From an uncultured Gemmatimonadales bacterium (GTDB taxonomy: Bacteria > Gemmatimonadota > Gemmatimonadetes > Palauibacterales > Palauibacteraceae), in the NCBI GenBank assembly GCA_963783385.1, contig CAWANJ010000002.1:32001-96000 (forward strand): a stretch of DNA of 64,000 nt, written 5' to 3'. The position numbers and the translations under genes were made by a program. This document shows positions 9,910 to 20,464 of the stretch, piece by piece (position 1 is the first letter of the stretch; each line of letters begins with the position of its first letter). The notes under the pieces are model-generated. The model was not told the DNA's origin, did not search any database, and saw nothing but the letters and a program-made list of their open reading frames with translations.

Positions 9910-12139
9910 ATGACGCCACCGAGTCCCGACGGGGAACCCGACCAGGACGCACGCGAGGGAGCCGAGCGGGCGCCCTCGCGCCTGCCAGCGCCCGTCGCGC
10001 GCTGTCTGGTGGATCTGGCCGTCGCCCTCAATCGCTTCTCGATGTATCCCCAGGGCCACCCGGCTCTGGCACCGGCGGCGGACGAGGTCCTCGATGCGCT
10101 CAGGGTCCTCCTGCGCGAGCAGGGGTCCATCTCGGTCGAGGGCCGCCGCGAGCGCGTGGTCGTGGGCGAGGCGACCAGCGACCCGGGCACGCCCCACCTG
10201 CGGGCGCTCGCCGCCAGGCTCCACGACCACCACCTGGCCCGCCTGACCTTCCTGGCCGGTCTCGAGGGTGACGAGCTCGCTTCGTTCCTGCGCGCGATGT
10301 CCACGGAGCCGTCGCGGGGCGGGGAGCCGCTCGGCCTGCGATCGGAAGGGGTCCGTTCCTGGCCGCACATCCGCATGGAACCGCAGCGCTACGATCCCCT
10401 CCGCCTGGACGAGGAGGGACGCGACCGGCTCGATGTGGATCCCTCCGGCGGCGCCGCCGGACCGGATCCGACGTCCGCGGCTCGGGCCGGCGTGGCGTCG
10501 CCGGGGGAGGCCCCGCCCGGCGCCGTCACCGCTGCTCCCCTCGGATCGCGCATCGGGGCGGGCGACCTGATGGCCGACGCCCCCGAGGACGTGGCCCGTC
10601 GGCTCGAAGAAGACCTCGGCGCGGAGGATGCGGACCGGATCGTGGCGTTCCAGATCATGCGCCTCGCCGAGCGTCTCTCGGAGGCGCGCGGACAGCAGGC
10701 GGAGCTCCTGCGCCGGCGCATGTCGCGCATGATCCTCCGCCTCCAGCCGGAGACGCTCGCCTACCTCCTCGAGTTCGGCGACGAGGGCCGTCGCGATGAA
10801 GACCTCCTGTTCAGCGCCGCCGGGTCCCTGAGCGTCGAAGCGGCGCTGCGGCTCGTGCGGGCTGCGGCGGCGAGGCACGACGAGGGGATCGAGGCCTGGC
10901 TCCTCCGGGTGGTCAACAAGCTGGCCATGTACGCCGGTCCCCGGGAGCGCCGAGCCGACGGACCCGGCGGGTCCGGGGCGGCCGCGGCGTCGCCGGAGTC
11001 CGCCGAGCGGGTGCACGACCTGGTCGACCGCATCGTGGATGATTGGAAGCTGGAGGATCCGCGCCCGACCCTGTACCGGAGCACGCTCCGCCGCATGGCC
11101 CGAACGGGCCCCTCGGAGGGTCGTCGCCCCACGGCGCAGCTGAGGATCGAGCCCGAGCGCTTCGTTCAGATGGGACTCGAGAATGGACGAGCCCGCCCGC
11201 GACGTCGACGGAGCCGTGGTGACGCTGCTCGAGGAGCGTCGGGTCCCGGAGCTGATCGAGATGGCCGAGGCCGTCCCGGAGCCGAACCGGGCCGCCGAAG
11301 CCCTGTGGAATCGGCTGGCCGTGCCCGAGACGGTCGAGGGCCTGCTCCACGAGCCCAACCCGGACTTCGAGCTCCTGCGCCGCGTCGTCGAGCGCGCGGG
11401 CGCCGCGGTCGCCGGCCCGCTCCTCGACGCCCTGTCGGACTCCAATGCCGGATCGCGGGCCTACTGGCACAACGTGTTCGGCCTCCTGCTGCAGATCGGA
11501 GAGCCGGTGGCCGATCTCGTGCCCGAGCGCCTCGAGGACGAGCACTGGTTCGTCCGCCGGAATCTACTGGCACTCCTGTACGAGCTTCCCCGCCGCCCCG
11601 AGGGCTTCACGGCGCTGCCCTACCTGGAGGAGTCCGAGCCGCGGGTGCGCGCCGAGGCGCTGCGCCTGGCCCTCGAGGAGCCGGCCGGGAGGGAGCCGGC
11701 CCTGGCCGCCGGGCTCCTGGACGACAACGAACGTGTGGTGGGCCTGGCGCTGTCGGCCGCCACCGAGGAGCTCCCCGGGTCCCTGGAGCCGCTGGTGATC
11801 CGCCGCGCCTCGGACGGGTCGCTGGCCCCGGCCCTGCGCAGCCGGGCGGTTCGCATCCTGGCCGAGCGACCGTCGCGGTCGGCCCTCCGCGCGCTGGTGG
11901 ACATCGTCTGGGCCCGCCGCTGGCTCTTCTGGCGACGCCTGGCCGAGCCGTCCGGGCCCGTCCTCGCCGCGCTGGAGGCGCTGAGCCGGCGGTGGGCAGA
12001 CGCCGCGGAGGCCCGTCCGGCCCTGGAGGCGGCTCGCTCCAGCGACGACGAGCGCGTTCGGGAGGCCGTGGCGGCCTCGCCGGCCCGTGGCCACGGCGAC
12101 GGCAACGGACGCCGACCGCGAGGGGAGGGCGACGGGTGA
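9910..12139 (+). CDS. HEAT-repeat protein, frameshift at about 11182
   Basis: N-terminal MYPQGHP domain; C-terminal HEAT repeats (WFVRRNLLALL, PRVRAEAL); one extra A in gagaatggac joins the two frames. Confidence 0.78.
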
Positions 12140-13302
12140 ACGAGACTCCGGCCATCGAGTTTCTAACCGCCGTGGGCCAGGCTCTGTCCGCACTGCGTCT
12201 CTATGCGGAGGGGCACCCCGCGCGGGCCGAGGCGGTGGACCGCGTGCGCCGCACGCTGCAGGCGGTCTTGAACGAGGGAGCCGGACAGACGGCACGCTTC
12301 ACCTTCCTCGGCGACGACGTGGTGGTGGGCGACCGGCGCCTGCGTGGGCTCGGGGGCTGGTCCTGGGGCCGGCAGCTCGCCGCGACCGGCATCGAGCGCC
12401 TGGAGGTGGCGCCGGGCGTCACCGAGGACGAGCTGGCGCGGTTCCTGTCCGAGGCCGTCCGGCGGCTGGACGCGGCCGGCCGCCGGGGCGCCCCGGGCGG
12501 TGGCCGCGAGGCCGGGTCGCGTATCGCGGACCCGCGAGAGCCCGGGATGAGCCTGGAGCACCTGCGGTTCGGGTGGGTGGCTGAGGCTGGCGAGACGGAG
12601 TGGAACGGCGAGCTGGACGGGACGCTCCGGGAGATCGGCGGGTTGTTCGAGGGTGCCAGGGACGAGGGCTCGGTCGAGGCGACGGTGGCGGCCGCCGTGG
12701 TGGAGGCCGTGGGCGCGGCGGTCCAGCAGAGCCGCAATCTCCTGCGGCTCCTCGTTCCGCTCAGGGACATCGACCAGTACAGCACCATCCACTCGATGAA
12801 CGTGTCCGTGCTCTCCATCGGGCTGGCGGAACGGGTCGGCTACGGCCGGAAGGACGTGCGCTCGGTCGGCAAGGCCGCGCTCCTGCACGACGTGGGCAAG
12901 AGCCTCGTACCGGACGAGATCCTCAAGAAGCCGGGCACGCTCACCCCCGAGGAGTGGACCATCGTGAAGCGCCATCCCGTCAATGGCGCCCGAATCCTGT
13001 TCCGCTCGCGTGATGGCCTCGGCGTGGCGGCCGTGGTGGCGTACGAGCACCACATGACCTGGGATGGAGGCGGCTATCCCGACCGTCGCTTCGCCCGGCC
13101 GGTCCACCCGGCCACACAGCTGGTGCAGGTGTGCAATGTGTACGATGCCCTGCGCACCGAGCGCCCCTTCCGGGGTCCGTGGAGCGAGGATCGCATCGTG
13201 GCGCACCTGCGGGCCGGGGCGGGAGAGGCGTTCAGCCCCGAGATGGTCGAGCTGTTCCTGGGCATGCTGGAGGCCTTCCAGGAGGACGCGCCGAAGGATT
13301 GA
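12136..13302 (+). CDS. HD-GYP domain protein (putative c-di-GMP phosphodiesterase)
   Basis: HSMNV, LLHDVGK, HPVNG, EHH..WDGGGYP, YDALRTERP; GTGA overlap. Confidence 0.9.
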   Translation: MNETPAIEFLTAVGQALSALRLYAEGHPARAEAVDRVRRTLQAVLNEGAGQTARFTFLGDDVVVGDRRLRGLGGWSWGRQLAATGIERLEVAPGVTEDELARFLSEAVRRLDAAGRRGAPGGGREAGSRIADPREPGMSLEHLRFGWVAEAGETEWNGELDGTLREIGGLFEGARDEGSVEATVAAAVVEAVGAAVQQSRNLLRLLVPLRDIDQYSTIHSMNVSVLSIGLAERVGYGRKDVRSVGKAALLHDVGKSLVPDEILKKPGTLTPEEWTIVKRHPVNGARILFRSRDGLGVAAVVAYEHHMTWDGGGYPDRRFARPVHPATQLVQVCNVYDALRTERPFRGPWSEDRIVAHLRAGAGEAFSPEMVELFLGMLEAFQEDAPKD

Positions 13303-13551
13303 GCCGGACCCTCCTCCACGGCACCCCGTGGGCGGAGTCCTATGCGGGAATCGGCAAACTCCCGACAGACACCGAATTTCGTGCGCCTTATTCTGCGGCA
13401 CGTCCCGCGATGGCGCACCTCGCGGCCCTCCTGTCCCACCACCGGCACGAGCGTCTCGGCGAACGCGAAGGTGTGGCTCGCCGGCCTGTCGATCGCCGCG
13501 GGCGGCTCGCGGCAGGTCCCCAATCCGGACGGCGGACGGGCTCCACACGGG

Positions 13552-13581
13552 AGCCCGTCCCGGGGGCCCGGGAGACGGGCT
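13552..13581. terminator. GC hairpin between convergent genes
   Basis: agcccgtc-ccggg/cccggg-a-gacgggct stem just beyond the 13589 stop. Confidence 0.4.
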
Positions 13582-13588
13582 GGCTGTC

Positions 13589-14737
13589 TCAGCGGCAGTA
13601 CGCCTCGGCGGTGTGGGCCAGGATGTCGGCGAGCCGGTGGACGGACTCCAGCTCGACCCACTCCTCCGCCGCGTGCGCTCCGGCGCCGGCCGGCCCCAGG
13701 ATCACGGTGTCGATGCCGGCGGCCGCCAGCAGCGCGGCATCCATCCAGTAGCTCTCCCCCACATCCCCGGACGGACCTCCCAGCCGGGCCGCCATCTCAC
13801 GGCGCAGGGTGCCGGCGAGTTCCGATCGGGGATCGGCTTCGAAGGCCACTCGCCACAGCAGCGGTTCGACGGTGGCGTCGAACTCGGGATCCTCGGCCCG
13901 GATCGAGTCCACGAGTCCGCGGATCTCCGCCAGGACGGCCTCGGGCGTCTCGCCCGGCAGGGTCCGTCGCTCGATCTCCAGCCGGCAGCGAGCCGCGTAG
14001 GTGCTGGGACCCGTCCCGCCCTGGAGCCTGGCCGCGTGCAGGGAGGGAGGGCCCAGCAGGGGATGGCCGGAACGGGAGCGGAGCTCGCGCTCCAGGCCCT
14101 CGAGCCGGCCCAGGATCCGGCCCATGCGGAGGTTGGAGTCCACCCCCTCGTCGAAGCGGCTGCCGTGCGCCGCGCGTCCCCGGGTCTCGACCGCGATCCA
14201 GGCGAAGCCCTTGTGCGCCACGCACAGGCGCAGGTCCGTCGGCTCGGTGACCACGGCTCCGTCCGGGCGGACGGCGGACAGGAGCTCGTGCATTCCGAAG
14301 CTCTCGTGCTCTTCGTCCGCCACGAAGCCGAGGTGCAGGTCTCCGGATAGGTCGGAGGAAGCCTCGACGAGCGAGCGGGCGGCGGCCAGGCAGGCCGCCA
14401 GACCGCTCTTCATGTCGTAGGCCCCGCGGCCGTAGAGTCGTCCCTCACGGATCGCGGCGCCGAACGGGTCCTCCATGCCCTCCACCCCGACCGTGTCCAG
14501 GTGCGCGTACAGCAGGAGGGAGCGTCCCCCGCCTCGGCCTCTCAGGGTGCCCAGCACGCTCGGCCGACCGGGGCGCTTCTGGAGGAGAGTCACCTCGAGG
14601 TCGAGGGCCTGCAGGCACCTGGCCACGCGACGCGCCAGCTCCGCCTCCCCCGGTCCCCCGAACGCGGGATTGATCGAGTCGATGGCCACGAGGTCCCGGA
14701 GGACTCGCAGGGTCCAGGACCGGTCGACCGGGCTCAT
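13589..14737 (-). CDS. ArgE/DapE family M20 deacylase
   Basis: AHLDTV, GRGAYDMK, ADEE, VTEPT, AHGS, GAHAAEE. Confidence 0.92.
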   Translation of the reverse strand: MSPVDRSWTLRVLRDLVAIDSINPAFGGPGEAELARRVARCLQALDLEVTLLQKRPGRPSVLGTLRGRGGGRSLLLYAHLDTVGVEGMEDPFGAAIREGRLYGRGAYDMKSGLAACLAAARSLVEASSDLSGDLHLGFVADEEHESFGMHELLSAVRPDGAVVTEPTDLRLCVAHKGFAWIAVETRGRAAHGSRFDEGVDSNLRMGRILGRLEGLERELRSRSGHPLLGPPSLHAARLQGGTGPSTYAARCRLEIERRTLPGETPEAVLAEIRGLVDSIRAEDPEFDATVEPLLWRVAFEADPRSELAGTLRREMAARLGGPSGDVGESYWMDAALLAAAGIDTVILGPAGAGAHAAEEWVELESVHRLADILAHTAEAYCR

Positions 14738-14853
14738 GCTCCACGTCGCGGGTGACGGGCCGCGCCTCGCAGGAGGTCATACGTACGTATCATATCCTGG
14801 ACCCTCTGCTATCTAGAGGGTTACGGCATGTGTCGACGACCGTATGCCGCCGC

Positions 14854-15213
14854 TCAGATCGTGGCCAGCGCGCGCTTGCCGTCCTCGCTGAGCAGCACCC
14901 AGAACGTGTACACGGCCAGCGCTGTGCCGAGCGGGACGTGGAGGATCTCGAAGGCGGCCACGATCAGGAGGACGACCCGTGCCCAGGGCTTCCCCCGGAG
15001 GAGGCCGAAGCCCCCCACGATCCCGGGAAGCGACACGACGACCAGGTAGCCGGCGCCAATGGTGGCCACGGCCGAGGTGATGGCCATGGCGCGCAGGTCT
15101 CCCGACAGGAGGCCGCCCCCCAGGATGGTGACGAACAGGAACAGGGCCGCCAGGAGGCCGAAGGCCCCGAGTACGATCTGCAGCACGGCCACGGCGGTGA
15201 TGTGGTTCTTCAT
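14854..15213 (-). CDS. small membrane protein
   Basis: several hydrophobic segments, P.GTAL..YT.WVL motif, GGAGGAG RBS. Confidence 0.8.
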   Translation of the reverse strand: MKNHITAVAVLQIVLGAFGLLAALFLFVTILGGGLLSGDLRAMAITSAVATIGAGYLVVVSLPGIVGGFGLLRGKPWARVVLLIVAAFEILHVPLGTALAVYTFWVLLSEDGKRALATI

Positions 15214-15227
15214 GGCTCCTCCAGGCT

Positions 15228-15560
15228 TCAGGTGCCTTCCTTCCTGAGACGCTCCAGCTCGGAGCGGATGCGGCGGTCATCGGGCCGCAGGGAGGCAGCC
15301 TGCTCCAGGGCGGCGATGGCCGCCGATCGGTCGCCCCCGGCCTCCGGGATTCGCTTCGCGTCCACGAGCCGGTCGGCCAGCGCTCCTGGTTCAGGTAGTC
15401 GACCCTACGCAGCATGAAGCGGGCTTTGCGCTTGGTCGCCCTGTCGTCGGACTTGAAGTTCCACTCCGAGAATGGCTGACCTTCCTTGCCGACGTGGAAG
15501 AACTGGCAGCGCACACGGAAAGCGTCCGGCCGGTTCGGCGGCGACGGCGAGTTCGGACCA
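15228..15560 (-). pseudogene. gene fragment with TPR-like C-terminus
   Basis: AAIAALEQAASLRPDDRRIRSELERLRKEGT* preceded, in another frame, by protein-like FSEWNFKSDD...FMLRRVDYL; no clean start. Confidence 0.4.
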
Positions 15561-15591
15561 TGGAGGACCGGGGCGCGGACCCGCCCCGGTC

Positions 15592-16236
15592 CTATCCGGG
15601 GCCGCCCAGCCCGCCCAGACCGCTGTCCGCCGCCTCGAACGTCCCGCGGGTTCGGACGTCCCGACTGCCCGCGGCGCCCGGCACTCGCCAGGTCACGTCG
15701 AAGCGTCCGCAGATCGCCCCGCCGTCGACCTCGTCCAGGCTGAGGGTGCCCTGACGCGGGACGAAGTCGCGTCCGTTCAGGGCGTCCGCGTCGAACATGT
15801 ACAGCTCGCCGGTGACCGTCGAACGCTTCGCCGCGCCCGCCGCGGCCCCGCTCCCGGACCCCCCGGCCGACACGGTGAAGTCGCCGGCCGCCGGGAGTGC
15901 GCCCAGTCCGTCGATGGAGAAGCGCATCTCCCACCGTCCGGTCTGGGGTTCGGTGAGCGTCAGGCGCAGGGCCTTCGCCCCGCCCGGCTGGTCCACGAGC
16001 GCGAAGAACGCCTCTCCGGCCAGTCCCGCCGTCAGGCTGCCCGTCGCCTCTCCCGAGACCCGGCCGCTGGTCGCCGCCGCTTCGCCGCACGTGGGCGGCC
16101 GTCCCCGCGCCTCCCCGGACGCCGACGGCGGGAGCGAGCCGGCCCGTGGCAGCGGTCCCAGGGCCGCGGTGCCGAGCACCAGGATCGAGGCAAAGCTCCG
16201 CGCGACTGGCTTCATGGACGATGGCGACGGGGTCAT
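15592..16236 (-). CDS. hypothetical exported protein
   Basis: signal-peptide-like N-terminus; beta-rich body (GTLSLDEV..G.I.GRFDV, GTFEA). Confidence 0.6.
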   Translation of the reverse strand: MTPSPSSMKPVARSFASILVLGTAALGPLPRAGSLPPSASGEARGRPPTCGEAAATSGRVSGEATGSLTAGLAGEAFFALVDQPGGAKALRLTLTEPQTGRWEMRFSIDGLGALPAAGDFTVSAGGSGSGAAAGAAKRSTVTGELYMFDADALNGRDFVPRQGTLSLDEVDGGAICGRFDVTWRVPGAAGSRDVRTRGTFEAADSGLGGLGGPG

Positions 16237-16323
16237 GGGTGGACTGCAGGGTTCACTCTAGACTCCGAAAGCTCGCCGTCCCGGGGTCGCCCGTCAAAGG
16301 GCCGCTCCGAACTCGGTCGTGAA

Positions 16324-16464
16324 TCAGAGCGTGTGGCCTGAATCCACGGTGATGACGTCGAAGAACCCCTGGATCCACAGGTTGTGGCTGGCGTGCAGGA
16401 ACATCCCGGTCCACACGCTCCCCCAGCGCAGCCGCAGCCAGGCCATGGGAAAGGATATGCCGAC
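16324..16464 (-). pseudogene. 3' remnant of a CPBP (CAAX/Abi) intramembrane protease gene
   Basis: MAWLRLRWGSVWTGMFLHASHNLWIQ matches the CPBP motif-3 region; upstream part absent. Confidence 0.65.
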
Positions 16465-16500
16465 CCGACCTCGCCGGGCTCGCCGGGGTAGAGGAGCGAG

Positions 16501-17187
16501 ATGAACAGTCCGCACCTGTACCGGTCGGCCGGCCGGGGAGGCTCCTCTCCCACCGTGGCCGAGGAAGTGGCGGCGTGGCTGACGCACGGCGCGGGCTTCG
16601 TGGCCAGCGTGGTGGCCGGCGGTGTGCTCGTGTGGGCCGCCGCGAGCCACGCGGGCGGCCTCCGGCCCGCGGGCATCGCCGCCGTGGCGGTGTACGCGGT
16701 CAGCCTCAGCCTCCTGTACGCGGCATCGACGGCCTACCACGCCACGCGTCACCCGCGCTGGAAGCCGCTCCTTCGGCTGGCCGATCACTGCGCCATCTTC
16801 CTCCTCATCGCGGGGACGTACACCCCCGTGGCGGTGCTCGGCCTCGGCTTCGAACGCTCGCGCTGGCTGCTCGCCCTGGTGTGGGGCATGGCGGTCGTCG
16901 GGATCCTGGTCAAGCTGCGCTGGATGGGCCGCTTTCCGATTCTGACGCCCCTCTTCTACCTGGCCATGGGCTGGACCGGCGTGTTCGCGCTGCGGCCCTT
17001 GCTGGCGACGGTCGGGACCGGGGTGGTGGAGTGGCTGGTGGCGGGCGGTGTGGTCTACACGCTGGGCGTGGCGTTCTACGCCTGGAAGAGACTGCCCTTC
17101 AACCACACCGTGTGGCACCTGTTCGTCCTGGGCGGGAGCGTGTGCCACTTCGTGGCTATCGCGCTGGTGGTGGGCGCGCGCGGCTGA
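16501..17187 (+). CDS. hemolysin III / PAQR family membrane protein (TrhA-like)
   Basis: EE.A...THG, STAYH, DHCAIFLLIAGTYTP, HTVWHLFVL. Confidence 0.93.
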   Translation: MNSPHLYRSAGRGGSSPTVAEEVAAWLTHGAGFVASVVAGGVLVWAAASHAGGLRPAGIAAVAVYAVSLSLLYAASTAYHATRHPRWKPLLRLADHCAIFLLIAGTYTPVAVLGLGFERSRWLLALVWGMAVVGILVKLRWMGRFPILTPLFYLAMGWTGVFALRPLLATVGTGVVEWLVAGGVVYTLGVAFYAWKRLPFNHTVWHLFVLGGSVCHFVAIALVVGARG

Positions 17188-17277
17188 CGCGGCGGCCGCG
17201 AGGTACGGGCGGCCGGACGAAGGGAGCCACGGGGAGCCGGTCGTGCCCCGAGCCCGGGAGAACGGCGAGCGCGCTCC

Positions 17278-18201
17278 TCAGTATCGGGCCAGGTCTTCCC
17301 CTATGACGATCCGTCCACTGAAGCCCGCCGCCCGGATGATCCCCTCCGACTCGACCTTCACGCGCGCCCGATAGATCACGTGGGTGAGGATGAGGAGCTT
17401 CGGCTGCGCCTTCGCGACCAGGCGGCCCAGCTCCCGATCGGAGGTGTGGAAGGCTTTCATGTAACGGGGCCAGTCGCTTCCGCCAGGTCGCTCCTCCGGG
17501 GCGAGTCTCGAGGCCGCGTACACCTCGTGGACCAGGACGTCGACCCCGGTGGCCTCCCGCTCCACTTCCGGGCTGGGACGGGTGTCCCCAGAGATCACCA
17601 CCGAGCGGTCCGGCGTATCGATCCGGTAGCCCAGGGCCACCTTCCAGCTTCCGTGCTCGACCCGGAAGGCGGTGACCCGGACACCGCCACTGTCGTACAC
17701 GACCCCGCCGCGCGTCTCGTGCACGTCCACCTTCCAGCCGCCCGGAGCCTCGTGCTCCAGTCCCTCCGTCCGGATCCGGATGTCCTCCGCGTAGGCCTCC
17801 GCCAGGTGGTCGGTCATGGCCTGCAGCCCCGGGGGGCCGTAGGCCTGGAGAGCGTGGCGGCGGCCCATGACCCAGGACGTGAAGATGAGGTCCGGGTAAC
17901 CGAGCGTGTGGTCCGTGTGGAGGTGGGTGATGAACAGCGCCGTCGGACCAGCGATCGGGAGGTGGGCGGCCGCCATCTGGCGCTCCACGCCCGGACCGGC
18001 GTCGAACAGGAAGGTACGGTCTCCGACGACGACCGCGGTGGCCGGTCCCTGGTGATGGGGATCCGGGCGGGGGAATCCCGTCCCGAGCAGGACGACCAGG
18101 GTGCTGTCGGGGGTCGGGCCGCCGTCGACGGACGGGGCGGCCGCGGGGGACGCCGCCAAAGTGGCCAGGTACACGATCAGCAGCACGGCGAGCGATCCCA
18201 T
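17278..18201 (-). CDS. exported MBL-fold hydrolase (RNase Z/arylsulfatase-like)
   Basis: LLGTG.P, FDAG, THLHTDH, SGDT, LVHE; signal peptide. Confidence 0.88.
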   Translation of the reverse strand: MGSLAVLLIVYLATLAASPAAAPSVDGGPTPDSTLVVLLGTGFPRPDPHHQGPATAVVVGDRTFLFDAGPGVERQMAAAHLPIAGPTALFITHLHTDHTLGYPDLIFTSWVMGRRHALQAYGPPGLQAMTDHLAEAYAEDIRIRTEGLEHEAPGGWKVDVHETRGGVVYDSGGVRVTAFRVEHGSWKVALGYRIDTPDRSVVISGDTRPSPEVEREATGVDVLVHEVYAASRLAPEERPGGSDWPRYMKAFHTSDRELGRLVAKAQPKLLILTHVIYRARVKVESEGIIRAAGFSGRIVIGEDLARY

Positions 18202-18373
18202 GGCAGCACCTCCGCGGACCTGGGCGGGTTCACGTTCTGTCCCGACGGGATGCGAGCTTAGCCCGCCCGTCCCCGCCGCGCACGGGGCCGGTTGTGGTGG
18301 GGCACGACGCGGCCTTAGATGGAGCGCGGACCGCGACCCTGACGCTCCGACGATCCCCGATCCGGAGGCGCCC

Positions 18374-20464
18374 GTGATCAGCGACCGACCCCGGCTCCCT
18401 CGCACGCTGTGCTTGCCGGCACTCCTCGCCGGGACGCTGCTCGGGCTGCACGCGGCGCCCGCCCTGGCCCAGTCCCGCCCGGCGCCGGTGGCCGATCCGG
18501 CGGCCACGCTGCGGGGAGGGCGGCCGCTCCCGGGCCCACTGTACGAGACGGCGGCGTTCACGCGTGCCGTCGAGGCCGGCACGAGGACGCGGACCGGCCG
18601 ACCCGGCCAAGCCTACTGGGTGCAGCACGCCCGTTACCGCATCGAGGCGCGGATCGACACGGCGTCCGGCCGCGTGGAGGGGCGGGAGGCCGTGCGCTAC
18701 CTGAACCGCTCGCCGGACACGCTCCGACGGGTGGCGGTCTACCTGCGCCAGAACGTCTTCGCCCCCGGCAGCCCCCGACTCGGCGCCGCCCCCGTCACGG
18801 GCGGCGTGCGCCTGGAGCGGGTGGCCGCCGCCGGCCGCGACCTCGAGGCGGAGCCACCCCGGAACCCCGCCGTGCCGATCACCGAGGCGCCTCCCGGACC
18901 CCCGGAGACCGGCCGCTACGCGGTCGACGGGACGGTGATGTGGATCGCGCTCTCCGACCCCCTGTCGCCGGGCGACAGCCTCGACCTCTCCTTCGCGTGG
19001 TCCTACGCGCCCGCGCCCGCGCCCTCCGACGGCCGCGAGGGCCGGGATGGGGGCGTGTGGTTCATGGGCTACTGGTATCCCCAGGTGGCCGTGTACGACG
19101 ACGTCGACGGATGGGTGACCGACCCCTACCTGGACGGGGCCGAGTTCTACATGGACCCGGCCGACTACGACGTGCGCCTCACGGTGCCGAGGGGCTGGGT
19201 GGTGGGCGCCACCGGCACGCTCCGGAACCCGGACGACGTGCTGTCGGCGCGGTCCAGGGCGCGGCTGGCCGAGGCCAGGAGCGGTGGGGCGGTGGTGCAC
19301 GTGGTGGCCGCCGACGAGCGAGGATCCGACGCCGTCTTCGCGCCCGGCTCCGCAGACCTCACGTGGCACTTCACGGCCGCCGACGTGCGGGACTTCGCCT
19401 GGGGAGCGAGCCGGGACTACGTCTGGGACGCGACCCGTGCGCTGGTCGGAGGCAGCGCGCCGCCCGACACGGTCGTCATCCAGAGCTTCTACCGGCCGAC
19501 CGCCGCGGCCGCCGCCTGGGCGGCGGGCGGCGCCCGCTTCACCCGGGACGCCGTGGAGAGGCTGTCGGACTACCTGTGGCCCTATCCGTGGCCCGTGATG
19601 ACCTCGATGGAGGGCGTGCTCGACTCGGGTGGCATGGAGTACCCGATGATGACGCTCATGCAGCCGTGGGCGGACACGCTGTCGCTGGCCGGCGACCTCA
19701 TGCACGAGACCGGGCACATGTGGTTCCCGATGCAGGTGGGCTCCAACGAGACCCGCCATCCGTGGATGGACGAGGGCCTCACCCAGTTCGACGTGGCGCA
19801 GGGGATGCGCGCGGTCTACGGGGAGCCGCGCCAGGGAGGCCGGCCCAACGACTCGGAGCCCGGGCAGCGGAAGCTCTACCTGGAGGCGGCGCGCGCGGGG
19901 CACGAGGCGCCCCTCATGCGCCACGGCGACCGCTTCCCCCAGGACCTCTACTTCGTGATGTACTACGACAAGACGGCCCAGGTGCTGGCCACGCTCCGCT
20001 CCATCCTCGGCGAGCCGACCTTCCAGCGGGCCCTCCGGGAGTACGGGCGGCGGTGGATCGACCGGCACCCCGAGCCGGTCGACTTCTTCAACACCTTCTC
20101 GGACGTCGCGGGCGGCGACCTGTCGTGGTTCTGGCGCAGCTGGTTCTACGAGCCCTGGTCCCTGGACCAGGCCCTCGGGCCCGTTCGGATCGACGGCGAC
20201 TCGGTCGTCATCACGGTCGAGGACCTGGGACTGGCCCCCATGCCGATCCGACTGGCGGTCACCCGGGCGGATGGAAGCGTCCAGCGCCTGGAGCTCCCGG
20301 CGAGCGTGTGGCTGGATGGCTCGCGTCGCCACCTGGTCCGGGTCGCGGCCCGGCCCGAGGTCGTCCGCATCCAGATCGACCCGGAGGGCGCCTTCCCGGA
20401 CCTCGACCGGTCCAACCAGGTGTGGGAGCGGGCCTCTCAGCCCAGCAGCCGCCACCAGAGGTAG
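18374..20464 (+). CDS. exported M1 family metallopeptidase
   Basis: GGMEYP, HETGH..(18)..E, YDK; signal peptide. Confidence 0.92.
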   Translation: MISDRPRLPRTLCLPALLAGTLLGLHAAPALAQSRPAPVADPAATLRGGRPLPGPLYETAAFTRAVEAGTRTRTGRPGQAYWVQHARYRIEARIDTASGRVEGREAVRYLNRSPDTLRRVAVYLRQNVFAPGSPRLGAAPVTGGVRLERVAAAGRDLEAEPPRNPAVPITEAPPGPPETGRYAVDGTVMWIALSDPLSPGDSLDLSFAWSYAPAPAPSDGREGRDGGVWFMGYWYPQVAVYDDVDGWVTDPYLDGAEFYMDPADYDVRLTVPRGWVVGATGTLRNPDDVLSARSRARLAEARSGGAVVHVVAADERGSDAVFAPGSADLTWHFTAADVRDFAWGASRDYVWDATRALVGGSAPPDTVVIQSFYRPTAAAAAWAAGGARFTRDAVERLSDYLWPYPWPVMTSMEGVLDSGGMEYPMMTLMQPWADTLSLAGDLMHETGHMWFPMQVGSNETRHPWMDEGLTQFDVAQGMRAVYGEPRQGGRPNDSEPGQRKLYLEAARAGHEAPLMRHGDRFPQDLYFVMYYDKTAQVLATLRSILGEPTFQRALREYGRRWIDRHPEPVDFFNTFSDVAGGDLSWFWRSWFYEPWSLDQALGPVRIDGDSVVITVEDLGLAPMPIRLAVTRADGSVQRLELPASVWLDGSRRHLVRVAARPEVVRIQIDPEGAFPDLDRSNQVWERASQPSSRHQR

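Noticed and set aside
9808-13302. 1164-aa ORF as a single fusion protein
   Set aside because: It is an artefact of the ~11182 frameshift. The middle is off-frame Arg/Pro/Gly-rich text, and the HD-GYP gene has its own GTG start overlapping the HEAT gene stop.
13303-13550. Possible promoter or gene remnant between the HD-GYP and M20 genes
   Set aside because: Slightly AT-richer with weak dyads, but no assignable motif or ORF.
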